A stretch of DNA of 64,000 nt from Alphaproteobacteria bacterium (GTDB taxonomy: Bacteria > Pseudomonadota > Alphaproteobacteria > RF32 > CAG-239), in assembly GCA_045633945.1 (NCBI GenBank), contig JAZQZH010000021.1, positions 30,808-94,807 on the forward strand. The letters run 5' to 3'. Made by a program: the position numbers and the translations under genes. Shown here piece after piece: positions 49,764 to 60,203 of the stretch. Every line of letters starts with the position of its first letter. Positions within the stretch are counted from its first letter, which is position 1. A model generated the notes under the pieces. That model searched no databases, had not been told where the DNA came from, and saw nothing but the letters and a program-made list of their open reading frames with translations.

Positions 49764-50720
49764 ATGAAAAAAATATTGAGTGTAGTTACTTGTTCTGTTT
49801 TAGCAGCCTGCGCATGCAATGACGCTAGTTGGGAAGATGTAGATAACGTTACTTTTGAAGAAGTTGTATATGAAGATAATGCGCCAATTGTTGTTGAGCC
49901 TGCGCCAGTATATGTACAAGTTCCTCAAGCTGTTCAAGACTGTGCATGTAGCGAAGTTGCAAAGCCATGCTATCAACCATGCGCTTGTCAAACAATGCCA
50001 AAGGTTGAACCCAAAATAATAAAGACAAGAAAAATAATTACAACAACTACAACATATGAAGAGCCTTGCGGTAAGCCTGTATGTGAACCAGTGGTTACAG
50101 TAAATGAAGAAGTTGTTCCTGTTGAGGAAGAAGGTGAAGTTGTGATTTTTGAGCCAGAAGTTGTAGCAGAGCCAGTAGTTAAAGTGGAAAAAGAAGTTGT
50201 TGTTCCTGTAGTTAACATAACTAAAAAAGAGGTTGCACCATCTGCTCCAGTTGAAGATGCTGTAAAAATTACAGTAGAAAAGAGCCCATATCATTCAAAT
50301 GTTGTTGATATTCGTAAATCAGATGCAAAAGTGGCGTTAGGAACAGTTGTTAAATATTCTCCAGAAGCTTATATTGTAGTAGCAACCCGCGCAACCAATC
50401 GTATGCTTCAAGATACATCTGCAATATACGATAGTGCTTCAAAGAAGATTTATATCAAAGATATTAATCTTTTAAGTTCAGATCTTCCATATGGTGGACA
50501 TCGCTTAAAAGGGGCTACAAAAGAAATTATTAGTGGCTCTAATACTTTTGAAGTTGTAAACAATATCAAAGATGCAGATTTTGTTGTTGAACCAAATGCA
50601 GATTGGTATGTTTCAGCAAATAGCGATATTCCAGCATTACAATATACAATGAGATTACTAGATAAAAATGGTAATAAGATTGATGAATGGATTGAGGTAA
50701 TAAGACAAGTTAAAGAATAG
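49764..50720 (+). CDS. Lipoprotein with a Pro/Val/Glu-rich linker and a C-terminal LpoB/COG3417-like domain
   Basis: Lipobox VLAAC. Linker VVPVEEEGEVVIFEPEVVAEPVVKVEKEVVVPVVN. Its C-terminal ~150 aa resemble LpoB, the penicillin-binding-protein activator (inference, moderate). Confidence 0.4.
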   Translation: MKKILSVVTCSVLAACACNDASWEDVDNVTFEEVVYEDNAPIVVEPAPVYVQVPQAVQDCACSEVAKPCYQPCACQTMPKVEPKIIKTRKIITTTTTYEEPCGKPVCEPVVTVNEEVVPVEEEGEVVIFEPEVVAEPVVKVEKEVVVPVVNITKKEVAPSAPVEDAVKITVEKSPYHSNVVDIRKSDAKVALGTVVKYSPEAYIVVATRATNRMLQDTSAIYDSASKKIYIKDINLLSSDLPYGGHRLKGATKEIISGSNTFEVVNNIKDADFVVEPNADWYVSANSDIPALQYTMRLLDKNGNKIDEWIEVIRQVKE

Positions 50721-50728
50721 AGATAATA

Positions 50729-51583
50729 ATGTCTAAAGCCTTACTTAAGCTATCTGTTTTTTTTGTATTGTTAATTTTTAATACAATGTCAAAAGCAGAT
50801 AGCTTTTTTTTACCAATTAGCTCAACATATTGTACTCCTAAGCAAAGTGATGCGGAAGATTCTGATGTTTATCTTAAAGCATACGATAAAACAGCATATT
50901 TAGCTGTGAAGTCATCTCAATATATAAAAGAGAAAATACTTAATTTTGATGACTATAATGCTAGTATATTTATTTATAAGGTGATAGATAGCGCCATAAA
51001 AGATGTTATAACAAGCACTACTAAAGATAATGACAAAGAAATATGTTTAAATTTTAGCGCCTTCATAGATAGTTCTAAAATAGATGAGCTTCTAAACAAC
51101 TACAATGATAAAAATATAGAAAAAGAAGACATTAAAAAGCTCACAAAAGAAATAAATGAGATGCTTCCAAAATCAATTTATGAAACAAAAGATAGCATCC
51201 CTTTAATATATATAGAAGATCTAGAATATTATAATAAAAAAACAACAAAAGTATATACTCGAGATATATCTGAAGAACTCTCATTTGAACCTCGTATTTT
51301 AATTACTGAAAATAGAGAGCTTGCAGATTATTATATCATTCCTAAATTAGTAAAATCAGCGGTTGATTTTATTGATGATGAAAAGAGTAGATATAGTATG
51401 TCGCTAGTAATTGAGGTGCATAATTTAGAAAATATCACTATAATTAAAGAAGAAAAAAGTCGATATATAATAATCAGTAACAATGATGATATACAAGAAA
51501 TAGCCCACAAAATGATAAACAAACTTATAAAAGATGCTTTAAATTCTTTAAAAGAAAAAATAAGTATTTTATTAAAAGAATAA
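50729..51583 (+). CDS. Hypothetical secreted protein
   Basis: Signal peptide (LSVFFVLLIFNTMSKA). Lies 9 nt downstream of the lipoprotein gene. No recognisable family. Confidence 0.45.
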   Translation: MSKALLKLSVFFVLLIFNTMSKADSFFLPISSTYCTPKQSDAEDSDVYLKAYDKTAYLAVKSSQYIKEKILNFDDYNASIFIYKVIDSAIKDVITSTTKDNDKEICLNFSAFIDSSKIDELLNNYNDKNIEKEDIKKLTKEINEMLPKSIYETKDSIPLIYIEDLEYYNKKTTKVYTRDISEELSFEPRILITENRELADYYIIPKLVKSAVDFIDDEKSRYSMSLVIEVHNLENITIIKEEKSRYIIISNNDDIQEIAHKMINKLIKDALNSLKEKISILLKE

Positions 51584-51588
51584 CAAAA

Positions 51589-52026
51589 TCATTTTTCTAA
51601 TTCAAAAGTTGCAGGGCCATCATTAATTAACTTTACTTTCATATCGCTTTGAAATATGCCATTTTCTACTTTAAAACCCTTCTCGTGCAATAAATTATTG
51701 AAATAGTTATACATATCTTTTGCTTTAACAGGATTCTCAGCATTTATAAAACTCGGGCGATTCCCTTTTGATGTATCTGCAGTAAGGGTGAATTGAGAGA
51801 TAACTAGTATTTCCCCCTTAATGTCGTTAACGCTAAGATTCATTTTTCCATTTTCATCTTCAAAAATTCGTAAATTAACAAGTTTTGTTGCTAATGCGTT
51901 TGCTTTGTTCTTATCATCACCTTTTTCAATACCCATGAATACAAGTAAACCTTTTCCAATCTTGCCAACAGTATTGCCATCAACATCAACACTAGCTTCA
52001 ATAACTCTTTGTATTAAAAGCTTCAT
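51589..52026 (-). CDS. dtd: D-aminoacyl-tRNA deacylase
   Basis: True start [15 protein letters not shown] at 52026 with RBS AAGGAGG. SQFTL motif. The track ORF has a 25-codon spurious extension. Confidence 0.85.
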   Translation of the reverse strand: MKLLIQRVIEASVDVDGNTVGKIGKGLLVFMGIEKGDDKNKANALATKLVNLRIFEDENGKMNLSVNDIKGEILVISQFTLTADTSKGNRPSFINAENPVKAKDMYNYFNNLLHEKGFKVENGIFQSDMKVKLINDGPATFELEK

Positions 52027-52037
52027 TATAACCTCCT

Positions 52038-53270
52038 TTAATTGGAATAAAACATATAAGAAAGCAATATTGCTGCTAATATTCCAGCAAAATCTGCCCA
52101 CAAAGCATATTTCAATGCGTATCTTATTTTAGATATATTTATGGCGCCAAAATAAACTGTTAATACGTAAAATGTTGTTTCCGTAGATCCTTGTATAACT
52201 GATGAGCAAAATGCAATAAAGCTATCCGCACCATGTGTTTGCATGCTTTCTATCATCATTGCTCTAGCTCCGCTTCCAGATAGAGGTTTCATAAATGCAG
52301 TTGGTAGAGCACCAACAAAAGAGCTGTCTAATCCAGTAAAATCTACGATATTTCTAATCACATTAATTAAGATATCAAGAATGCCTGACGCTCTAAATAC
52401 GCCGATTATCACAAGCATAGCCACTAAATATGGTATAATTTTAATAGCAATGCTAAATCCTTCTTTTGCGCCTTCAATAAATGCTTCATAACCATTTATT
52501 TTATTTCTTAATGCCAAAATCAGCGTATATGAAATTAGCAAAATGATAATTAAATTGCCAATATTATATGATATAAGAAGCCTTTTTTCATAGCTAATAG
52601 AGAAAAATAAAGTACAAATGCAAAAAGTTATGCCAATCAAAAACAATAGTAGCTTCAAAATAAAATTATTTTTCAAATCTATTTTTTGTTTAATGGCAAC
52701 ACTAATAAAACCAAATAGGGTAGATATAGTGGTTGCAAGTAGAATAGGTATAAAAACATCCGTAGGATATTTTGCTCCCATTTCAGATCGATACATAAAT
52801 ATTGTGATGGGTATGAGAGTAACAGATGAAGAATTAAGAATCATAAACAATATTTGAGCATCACTTGCTTCATCTTTCTTCTTATTATGTTTTTGTAATT
52901 CTTCCATGGCTTTTAATCCCATTGGTGTGGCTGCATTATCAAGGCCTAAAAAATTTGCAGCCATATTCAAAACTATACACGAAATTGCAGGACTGTTATC
53001 CGGAATATCTTTCATGATAATCTTAAATAAAGGGGTTAGTTTATTGGATATTGTTTCAGCAAAGCCTGTTCTTTCTACTATTTTAAGCATCCCCAACCAA
53101 AAGCTTAAAATACCAATTAACCCGATAGAAATTTCAACAGCTGCACCAGCATTTAAAAAAATAGCTTTTGTTAATTTTGAAAAAATATCATAATTGTTAT
53201 AAAAAAATAATTGAGCCAAGGCTGAAGCCACAGCAAGCAAGAACATAAATATCCATATAAAATTTATCAT
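52038..53270 (-). CDS. Nucleoside-recognition (Gate) domain membrane protein, SpmA/SpmB-like fusion
   Basis: 410 aa, polytopic. Two Gate-like halves. Confidence 0.45.
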   Translation of the reverse strand: MINFIWIFMFLLAVASALAQLFFYNNYDIFSKLTKAIFLNAGAAVEISIGLIGILSFWLGMLKIVERTGFAETISNKLTPLFKIIMKDIPDNSPAISCIVLNMAANFLGLDNAATPMGLKAMEELQKHNKKKDEASDAQILFMILNSSSVTLIPITIFMYRSEMGAKYPTDVFIPILLATTISTLFGFISVAIKQKIDLKNNFILKLLLFLIGITFCICTLFFSISYEKRLLISYNIGNLIIILLISYTLILALRNKINGYEAFIEGAKEGFSIAIKIIPYLVAMLVIIGVFRASGILDILINVIRNIVDFTGLDSSFVGALPTAFMKPLSGSGARAMMIESMQTHGADSFIAFCSSVIQGSTETTFYVLTVYFGAINISKIRYALKYALWADFAGILAAILLSYMFYSN

Positions 53271-53298
53271 TTACGCCTCTTGTTCAAAAACAATCTTA

Positions 53299-54195
53299 TT
53301 ATAATTTATTGTCCAGCTCTTTTATCGTTTTTAATGCTTCATTGTACAAAACCTTATTTTTGCGTATAGATAAGCGGATGTCTGATTTTGCTAATTCTTC
53401 ATTTGTTCCGCAATCATAACGTTCAGAAGTGGTTATAACTCCCCTCAATTCGCATCCGTTGCTTGCAGCCAAATTAATAGCATCAGTTAGATTTATTTCA
53501 CCATTACTTCCTTTTGTAACCATTGGTAAAATGTCTAAAACAAGATTAGGTAAAATATATGGTCCCATACTTGCATATTCAGACTCTATTTCTTCAATTT
53601 TAGGCTTTTCAACAACTCCAGATGCTTTAATTATGTTTTCGGATTCTTTTTCAATCCCTTTAAGTACACCATATCTTGAAAGCTGTTCTTTAGGATAGGA
53701 TATAATATTTTCAACTATTCCACCAACTCTTTCATATACATCTAGTAATTGTAATAAGATACCTTTTCCTCTGCATACATAAACATCATCTACCCACATT
53801 ACCATAAAATCTCTATCTCCAATAATATCTTTAGCACACAATATTGCATGTCCATTTCCTTTAGGTTCATCTTGTTTTGCAAAAGAAAATTTTACACCAC
53901 TTGGTGTTGTGCGTTTTAGAGCTTCCCATAATTCTAATTTGTCATTTCGAAGTAAACACTCTTCCAAAGACGGATTTGGTGAGAAATATCTATTATACAT
54001 AGATTTACTAACTTCGTCACTATATATGAAAATAATTTCTTCAACACCTGCTTCTATACACGCATCAACAGCATATTGAATAATAGGAAGGTTATTTAAG
54101 CATAAAAAACCTTTATGCATAGCTTTAGTAGCAGGTAAATTTCTTGTAGATAATCCTGCAACAGGTAATACAGCAACAGTGGGTCTATTAAACAT
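53299..54195 (-). CDS. galU: UTP-glucose-1-phosphate uridylyltransferase
   Basis: VAVLPVAGLSTRNLPATKAMHKGFL N-terminal nucleotidyltransferase motif. 298 aa. Confidence 0.85.
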   Translation of the reverse strand: MFNRPTVAVLPVAGLSTRNLPATKAMHKGFLCLNNLPIIQYAVDACIEAGVEEIIFIYSDEVSKSMYNRYFSPNPSLEECLLRNDKLELWEALKRTTPSGVKFSFAKQDEPKGNGHAILCAKDIIGDRDFMVMWVDDVYVCRGKGILLQLLDVYERVGGIVENIISYPKEQLSRYGVLKGIEKESENIIKASGVVEKPKIEEIESEYASMGPYILPNLVLDILPMVTKGSNGEINLTDAINLAASNGCELRGVITTSERYDCGTNEELAKSDIRLSIRKNKVLYNEALKTIKELDNKL

Positions 54196-54264
54196 ACGAA
54201 TCTCCTTATAAATATATTCAGTATTATAAGATAGAACAAACTGTTAAGTAAACTAGAAAAAGGA

Positions 54265-57200
54265 TTATTTAACAGATAAAGCTATTTTTTTACCAACACT
54301 TCCTGATAAGGTGATTTTATCTACATTATTTGCAGCAAATATATATTTATTGTGATTTTTTATTGGTTTATATTCATTTTTACTACGTAGGATATATTTA
54401 CCAACTTCGCCGCTACCAGAGATTGTTGATGTATTTGTAAAAACATAATGTTTATGTTGAAGCTCTTTTTTATATTCAGCAACAATATCAGATGTTTTTA
54501 CATCAATATTTCTTGTGAAATTATCATTTGAATTCGCAAAAAACTTTAGGAACTGCTTTTCTTTTTGGGGTTCAAGTTTCTCTTTTATTTTATCCTCATT
54601 GATAGTATTTTCATCAATAGATACTTTTATACCTTCTTCTTTTGTAGCATCTTTCTTGAAATAAAATCCCTTTCTTTTATGTGATGTTAATGATGATTTT
54701 ATATCAATATCTACTAAATCTGTTTTTCCAATATTCATAGCAATAACAGGATTTATTTTTAATGTATTTGAATTATTCTCTGTTTCTATTGCTACTTCTT
54801 GCTGCTTGATATTTTTTAAAACCATTTCCTCTTTTTGAGAAATATTATATATTATATCTGATAACGCTAGTTTAGTTTTATCTACAATAGAATTATCAAT
54901 AGCAACAACTGGCTTCTGAGCAATATCAATATCTTCAGCTACAACAACTGGTTCTAGGTTAGTCTTAGTATCTTCAGCTATAACAACTGGTTCTAGGTTA
55001 GTCTTAATATCTTCAGCTACAACAACTGGTTCTAGGTTAGTCTTAATATCTTCAGCTACAATAACTGGTTCTAGGTTAGTCTTAATATCTTCAGCTATAA
55101 CAACTGGTTCTAGGTTAGTCTTAATATCTTCAGCTACAACAACTGGTTCTAGGTTAGTCTTAGTATCTTCAGCTATAACAACTGGTTCTAGGTTAGTATC
55201 AATATCTTCAGCTACAACAACTGGTTCTAGGTTAGTATCAATATCTTCAGCTACAACAACTGGTTCTAGGTTAGTCTTAATATCTTCAGCTACAACAACT
55301 GGTTCTAGGTTAGTCTTAATATCTTCAGCTATAACAACTGGTTCTAGGTTAGTATCAATATCTTCAGCTACAACAACTGGTTCTAGGTTAGTATCAATAT
55401 CTTCAGCTATAACAATTGGTTCTAGATTAGTCTTAATATCTTCAGCTATAACAACTGGTTCTAGGTTAGACTCAATAGTTTTTTCTGCAACTACAAAGGT
55501 ATTCATTTCTGGAATATTATTAACTATACTCTTTATTCCTGTTTCACTAGCAGGTTGAATGTCGTGCTTGTTTTTAGCTTTGAGTGTATTAAATAAAGAG
55601 GCTACACTATTTGCAAAAGTATTAAAAGATATTTTTAACTCATCTTTGTTTTTTAAAATACTACTTTCTGTAGTATTATTATTTTTAATTTCATTATCTT
55701 TTATAATGTTGTCATTTTTTTTTTCTAATTCAGGTGCATTATTTTTTGTCTGATTAGTATTTTTAACAACAGGTGAACTAATATCTATTTCATCCACTGT
55801 TTCTGGTGGATAGAGTAAATATGTATCATAATCTCTAGCTTCAATATCTAAAACAGATCTAAATTCATCAATACTACTTACAATGTTATCGTTTAATTGT
55901 TTGATATAAGATAACATTGTATATAGAGCTTGAACAGCCATATCATTATTTCTCTTCATATCAATAAGACTGCTACTATCGATAATATTTAGATAACTAT
56001 CTCTAATTCTGTTATATAATACGCTAATTTTATCACTATTATCAGATATTTTATCAGTATCTTCTTTTAATTTTGCAACTGTTTCTTCAGCAATAGGTTC
56101 ATCTGTTGTTTTTAACAGTTCAATCTGTTTCATGTAAACCTCAACTAAACTATTGTAGTAAGAAGAGTTGTTTTGTGCCAAATTAAATAACCATGTAAGT
56201 TTACTAAAACTGTTGTCGAATATATATTTACTTTCAGCGATGAAGTTTTCTTCAAGAGATTTAGGTAAATATATTATTTTAGATGACTCTTTTGCAATTT
56301 TAGCCTCTATATCCATCAAATCTTTTTCACTATTTTGCCCTTTTAGTGCAGTGCCAAGATTATTAATATTATTTTCAACTTCTTTTAATTTCGCTTGTAG
56401 TTGATTATATGCTTTTACAATATCTTTATTGTTAGTTGTAGGCTTAAATTTAATGAAATCCAAAGACATGCGCTCTATGTTTTGCTTAGTTTCATCAATA
56501 CTTTTTTGTAAAATATCGATTCTACTTTGTAAAATACCATCTTTTTGCTTTTTTATGCCTTCATTTTCAATTAAAATTCGATTCTCAACCTCTTTAATAC
56601 GCTCTATACTTTCGTTAATATTAATTTTTAACTCAGGATTCGATACATCTCCAGATAGGTTAAATTTAACCACGTCAGAAAATGAAGCATTATTATAAAA
56701 TATATTAAAGTCAGACGTTATTAACCAACTACCTAAATTTACATTTATTTTCATGTCTAAATTTTCAACAGGTGAGCTTAAAACAGAATTATCTGATACA
56801 AATACACCTTTTGAAAACTCAAATTTACCACTTCCTTTATTAAACAATGTCTTGCCCATTCTTAGGTTGCTTGCAATAACTTCTTCCAAATCTTTAATAG
56901 ATTTGCGTTGTTCTAATTCAAATTTGATAACATCCAAATCCCAACCATTCATAACAAGATTTGTGAGACTATAATTACCCTTGGCGCTTAAATTATCATA
57001 AAATGCTTTTTCTGAAAGTAGATTAGAAGCAAAACTACCTTTTGAGTTTAAGATGGCTTTTTCAATCTTATATATACTACCTCCAAATGATGGTGCATTA
57101 TATTTAGATATATTATAATTACCTGTAATCTTTGCTAAATTTTTACTATCAAGAATGAAGTTAACATCAAATACACTGTCATCTTTTTTTATGTTAAATT

Positions 57201-59676
57201 TTTCGACATTAATTACACCATCATTGAGCATGACTCTTGTCTTTAAGTCTGCATATTTTTGATTATTCCAAATAGGTTGTTTTATATTAGCTGTAATATC
57301 AAAATCAACATTATTAAGATAAGATAAATCAATCTTTTCATCAGATAGATTTAATTTATCAATAAATGTGTTTGTTGTGCTTATTAATGGTTTTTCTTGT
57401 TTTTTACTAATATTAAACATATTATTTATGTTAAAGTTATCAAAGTTTAAATCAGCAAGAATCTTCGCTTTAGATGTTGTATTATCTACTTTAACAATGC
57501 CTTGAATATGATTTGTTCCTAAGTGTGCGTTTATATTATTTAATTCAAATAAGTTAAATGATCCAACAATCTGTGCGTTCAGAGTAAATGTTGTAACAGG
57601 AAGATCTGGTTTATAATTACTAAAACCAATAGCTTGGGCAAATTTTGTAAAGTTATTAGCTTTTAATTCAATATCTCCATTTAAAGATAGATCCCCATCT
57701 TTAGCATTTGCAGCTATACCCGTATATGAAATTTCTGTGTCGCCAAATTTTTGGATAGAGCTTATATTTAATTGGCTCATAGAACCATTTATAATACCTT
57801 GTGATGCAAAAGTTTTCCTTTTAAATATATCTTTCGAACCAGTATCTAAACCAATATTTGTCGCAAAACCAGGGAAGTTTGCTGTTTTAATATCATATGT
57901 TAGCTCTTCAAAATAAGGATTTGAATAAGGATTTTTAATATCTGCTTTAAGATTTATTTGAGAGCCAGCGAAGTTTTCAATAGAGAGAGATTCTATATTT
58001 AAATTGTTTTCATCCGCAACAAAATCAAATTGTAAGTTTTCTAAAGCAATATTATTGTAAACAGCATTTTTTATATTGATGGCTGCATCAGTTGTAAATT
58101 TACCTTTCCAAGGAGATAAATTTAGTTGATATAATAACTTATCTTCAAATGATTGCTTTTTATCATTTACATATGCTAAATCAACATATTTATCAAATAA
58201 TATTTTTTCTAAATCTGTTTGCAATATTACATGCGTTTCACCTTCATTAAATACAAAACCCAAATTTCCAGAAAAATTAGTGTTGTCTATCAAAGCTTTT
58301 GATAAAGCTACTTTAATAGCGTCTTTTCCGCCACTAATCATAAATTCAGCCTGAGCTCTACCAAATATAGATTTTTTATTTTCTTTAGACGCCTTTGCTG
58401 TAAGATTGATATTAAATAGTGAAGCAAAAGTTTTTATATCTTTACTTTCTAGAGTGTTTTCAAATATATACTCTAATTTTGGGGTTGTTGTTAATTTCCC
58501 TAAAGATTTAATGGTTGTTTCGCCTGGCATAGTAACGGCAAATCTATTAAGATTAATAACACCATCATTATATGTAACTCCCATGTTTAGCTTGTGAGCA
58601 GCTGCTCCTTTATATGTAGCATTATCAGATTTTACACTAATATCCATATCAACATTAGGAAGTTTTGTTTCTTCATTTATGTTATTTGAGTAGTTTACAA
58701 TATCTATACCTATGTTTTCTAATAAACTAAGGTCAAATTTTGACATATCAATATCAGAAGAAATATTCCACTTTTCTCCCTTGCTAAGATTCACAAAACC
58801 ATTACCAATAGTGTTGTTTCCATATTTCACATTAAAGTTATTTAATTTTAAAATTTCATTATCTTTACCATATGTAAAAGATACATACATAGATTCGTTA
58901 TATTTATTAGATATACTATCTTCTCCAAATACAGTTGTAAGTGTTTCATATAAGCTTTTACCCTCTAATATAACAGTTCCCTTAGGTTTATCTCCTAAAA
59001 CACCATCAATAGAAAATTTAGAACCTATTACTCCACAATTTATATTCATTTTAACTTTAAGGTCTTTATTATTTTCGATGCTACCACTAAAATTAACTTC
59101 TTTTTTGTTATGAGTGAATTTACCGCTAGTTTTGTATGGACCTTTTAATGAAGGAGCACTTATGCTAGCAGATACTTTAGGTAAAGTAAATTTATTTTTA
59201 TTTTGTTTATTTTCAAAAGTTATAGAGGATTCTACTATCTTTACATCATTGAAAGAAACTTCAATATTTCCTGATTTATTTTTCCCTGCTTTAGTAGAGC
59301 TACCCCAATTGCGAGTACCTTTTTCATCAGTTACTAAGCTAATTTCAGCACCAGTTAAAGTCATACCACTTAAGATAAACTGATTACTCAAAAGAGGCAA
59401 AAAATCGACATTAGCAGAAATATTATTAACCTCTGCTAATGGTGTGCGAGAGTTACCATGAGTGAATTTAACGAGTCCTGCTGAAAATTTAGGCTTTGGA
59501 AAAAGCTCAATACTTAAATTTCCATCGATTGCTGCTTTAAGTCCAGTGATTTGAGATAATCTATGCGCAACAATTGATTTATGTTTGTTCCAGTCAAGCG
59601 TATAAATATATATTCCTAAACCTGTAATGGCTAGAATTAAAAAACAAAGAATACCTATAATAACCTTTTTTAGCAC
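54265..59676 (-). CDS. Giant AsmA/TamB-family envelope protein with an internal coiled-coil and an acidic 13-aa tandem-repeat array
   Basis: N-terminal TM plus AsmA N-domain (LSQITGLKAAIDGNLSIELFPKPKFSAGLVKFTHG). Long beta-rich body. Coiled-coil segment (IKEVENRILIENEGIKKQKDGILQSRIDILQKSIDETKQNIERM). About 15 copies of (TNLEPVVVAEDIK). 1803 aa. Confidence 0.6.
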   Translation of the reverse strand: MLKKVIIGILCFLILAITGLGIYIYTLDWNKHKSIVAHRLSQITGLKAAIDGNLSIELFPKPKFSAGLVKFTHGNSRTPLAEVNNISANVDFLPLLSNQFILSGMTLTGAEISLVTDEKGTRNWGSSTKAGKNKSGNIEVSFNDVKIVESSITFENKQNKNKFTLPKVSASISAPSLKGPYKTSGKFTHNKKEVNFSGSIENNKDLKVKMNINCGVIGSKFSIDGVLGDKPKGTVILEGKSLYETLTTVFGEDSISNKYNESMYVSFTYGKDNEILKLNNFNVKYGNNTIGNGFVNLSKGEKWNISSDIDMSKFDLSLLENIGIDIVNYSNNINEETKLPNVDMDISVKSDNATYKGAAAHKLNMGVTYNDGVINLNRFAVTMPGETTIKSLGKLTTTPKLEYIFENTLESKDIKTFASLFNINLTAKASKENKKSIFGRAQAEFMISGGKDAIKVALSKALIDNTNFSGNLGFVFNEGETHVILQTDLEKILFDKYVDLAYVNDKKQSFEDKLLYQLNLSPWKGKFTTDAAINIKNAVYNNIALENLQFDFVADENNLNIESLSIENFAGSQINLKADIKNPYSNPYFEELTYDIKTANFPGFATNIGLDTGSKDIFKRKTFASQGIINGSMSQLNISSIQKFGDTEISYTGIAANAKDGDLSLNGDIELKANNFTKFAQAIGFSNYKPDLPVTTFTLNAQIVGSFNLFELNNINAHLGTNHIQGIVKVDNTTSKAKILADLNFDNFNINNMFNISKKQEKPLISTTNTFIDKLNLSDEKIDLSYLNNVDFDITANIKQPIWNNQKYADLKTRVMLNDGVINVEKFNIKKDDSVFDVNFILDSKNLAKITGNYNISKYNAPSFGGSIYKIEKAILNSKGSFASNLLSEKAFYDNLSAKGNYSLTNLVMNGWDLDVIKFELEQRKSIKDLEEVIASNLRMGKTLFNKGSGKFEFSKGVFVSDNSVLSSPVENLDMKINVNLGSWLITSDFNIFYNNASFSDVVKFNLSGDVSNPELKININESIERIKEVENRILIENEGIKKQKDGILQSRIDILQKSIDETKQNIERMSLDFIKFKPTTNNKDIVKAYNQLQAKLKEVENNINNLGTALKGQNSEKDLMDIEAKIAKESSKIIYLPKSLEENFIAESKYIFDNSFSKLTWLFNLAQNNSSYYNSLVEVYMKQIELLKTTDEPIAEETVAKLKEDTDKISDNSDKISVLYNRIRDSYLNIIDSSSLIDMKRNNDMAVQALYTMLSYIKQLNDNIVSSIDEFRSVLDIEARDYDTYLLYPPETVDEIDISSPVVKNTNQTKNNAPELEKKNDNIIKDNEIKNNNTTESSILKNKDELKISFNTFANSVASLFNTLKAKNKHDIQPASETGIKSIVNNIPEMNTFVVAEKTIESNLEPVVIAEDIKTNLEPIVIAEDIDTNLEPVVVAEDIDTNLEPVVIAEDIKTNLEPVVVAEDIKTNLEPVVVAEDIDTNLEPVVVAEDIDTNLEPVVIAEDTKTNLEPVVVAEDIKTNLEPVVIAEDIKTNLEPVIVAEDIKTNLEPVVVAEDIKTNLEPVVIAEDTKTNLEPVVVAEDIDIAQKPVVAIDNSIVDKTKLALSDIIYNISQKEEMVLKNIKQQEVAIETENNSNTLKINPVIAMNIGKTDLVDIDIKSSLTSHKRKGFYFKKDATKEEGIKVSIDENTINEDKIKEKLEPQKEKQFLKFFANSNDNFTRNIDVKTSDIVAEYKKELQHKHYVFTNTSTISGSGEVGKYILRSKNEYKPIKNHNKYIFAANNVDKITLSGSVGKKIALSVK
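54906..55483. repeat. 39-nt direct tandem repeat, ~15 copies, in frame inside the AsmA-like gene
   Basis: Unit CTGGTTCTAGGTTAGTCTTAATATCTTCAGCTACAACAA with point variants (GTC/GTA, ACA/ATA, TTA/TCA). Encodes TNLEPV(V/I)(V/I)AED(I/T)(K/D) on the minus strand. Confidence 0.9.
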
Positions 59677-59798
59677 GTTTTTCTCCTAATATAAAAATAA
59701 GCTTTGCTAAATTTTTTTGTTATTGTATAATACAAAAAATTAACGAAACGATAATATTGTTAAAAAAAACGCAAATTATTTAAAAAAAAGGAGTATTT

Positions 59799-60203
59799 AT
59801 GGAGATAAGAGAAAAACTTTTGCAAAAAGCAATTGTGGCGCGTGACAATGCATATGCACCATATTCAAAGTTTTATGTTGGTGCTTCAATCTTTACAGAA
59901 AATCAAAATATTTTTTCATCTTGTAATGTTGAAAATGTATCATATCCATGTGGAACATGTGCTGAGGCAGGGGCAATAGCCACAATGATTGCTGGGGGAG
60001 ATAAAAAAATTATTGAAATTCTGATAACTTCAAGTGGTAAAGGATTAGTATATCCATGCGGAGCATGTTTGCAAAGAATAGGGGAGTTTTCAACCCCAGA
60101 TACATTAGTTCATTTGGCGGACAATCAAAAAATTTGCAAAACATATAAATTAAAAGATTTAATTCCTTATCAATTTAATGCTATGGAGTTGCGTAATGAT
60201 TAG
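59799..60203 (+). CDS. cdd: Cytidine deaminase
   Basis: Zinc-binding motifs CAE (PCGTCAEAGAI) and PCGACLQ. 134 aa, homotetrameric type. Confidence 0.85.
   Translation: MEIREKLLQKAIVARDNAYAPYSKFYVGASIFTENQNIFSSCNVENVSYPCGTCAEAGAIATMIAGGDKKIIEILITSSGKGLVYPCGACLQRIGEFSTPDTLVHLADNQKICKTYKLKDLIPYQFNAMELRND

Noticed and set aside
54906-55483. Possible CRISPR array, given the regular 39-nt periodicity
   Set aside because: The units are contiguous with no unique spacers. They are in frame within a long CDS and encode a coherent peptide repeat. No cas genes are present in the window.
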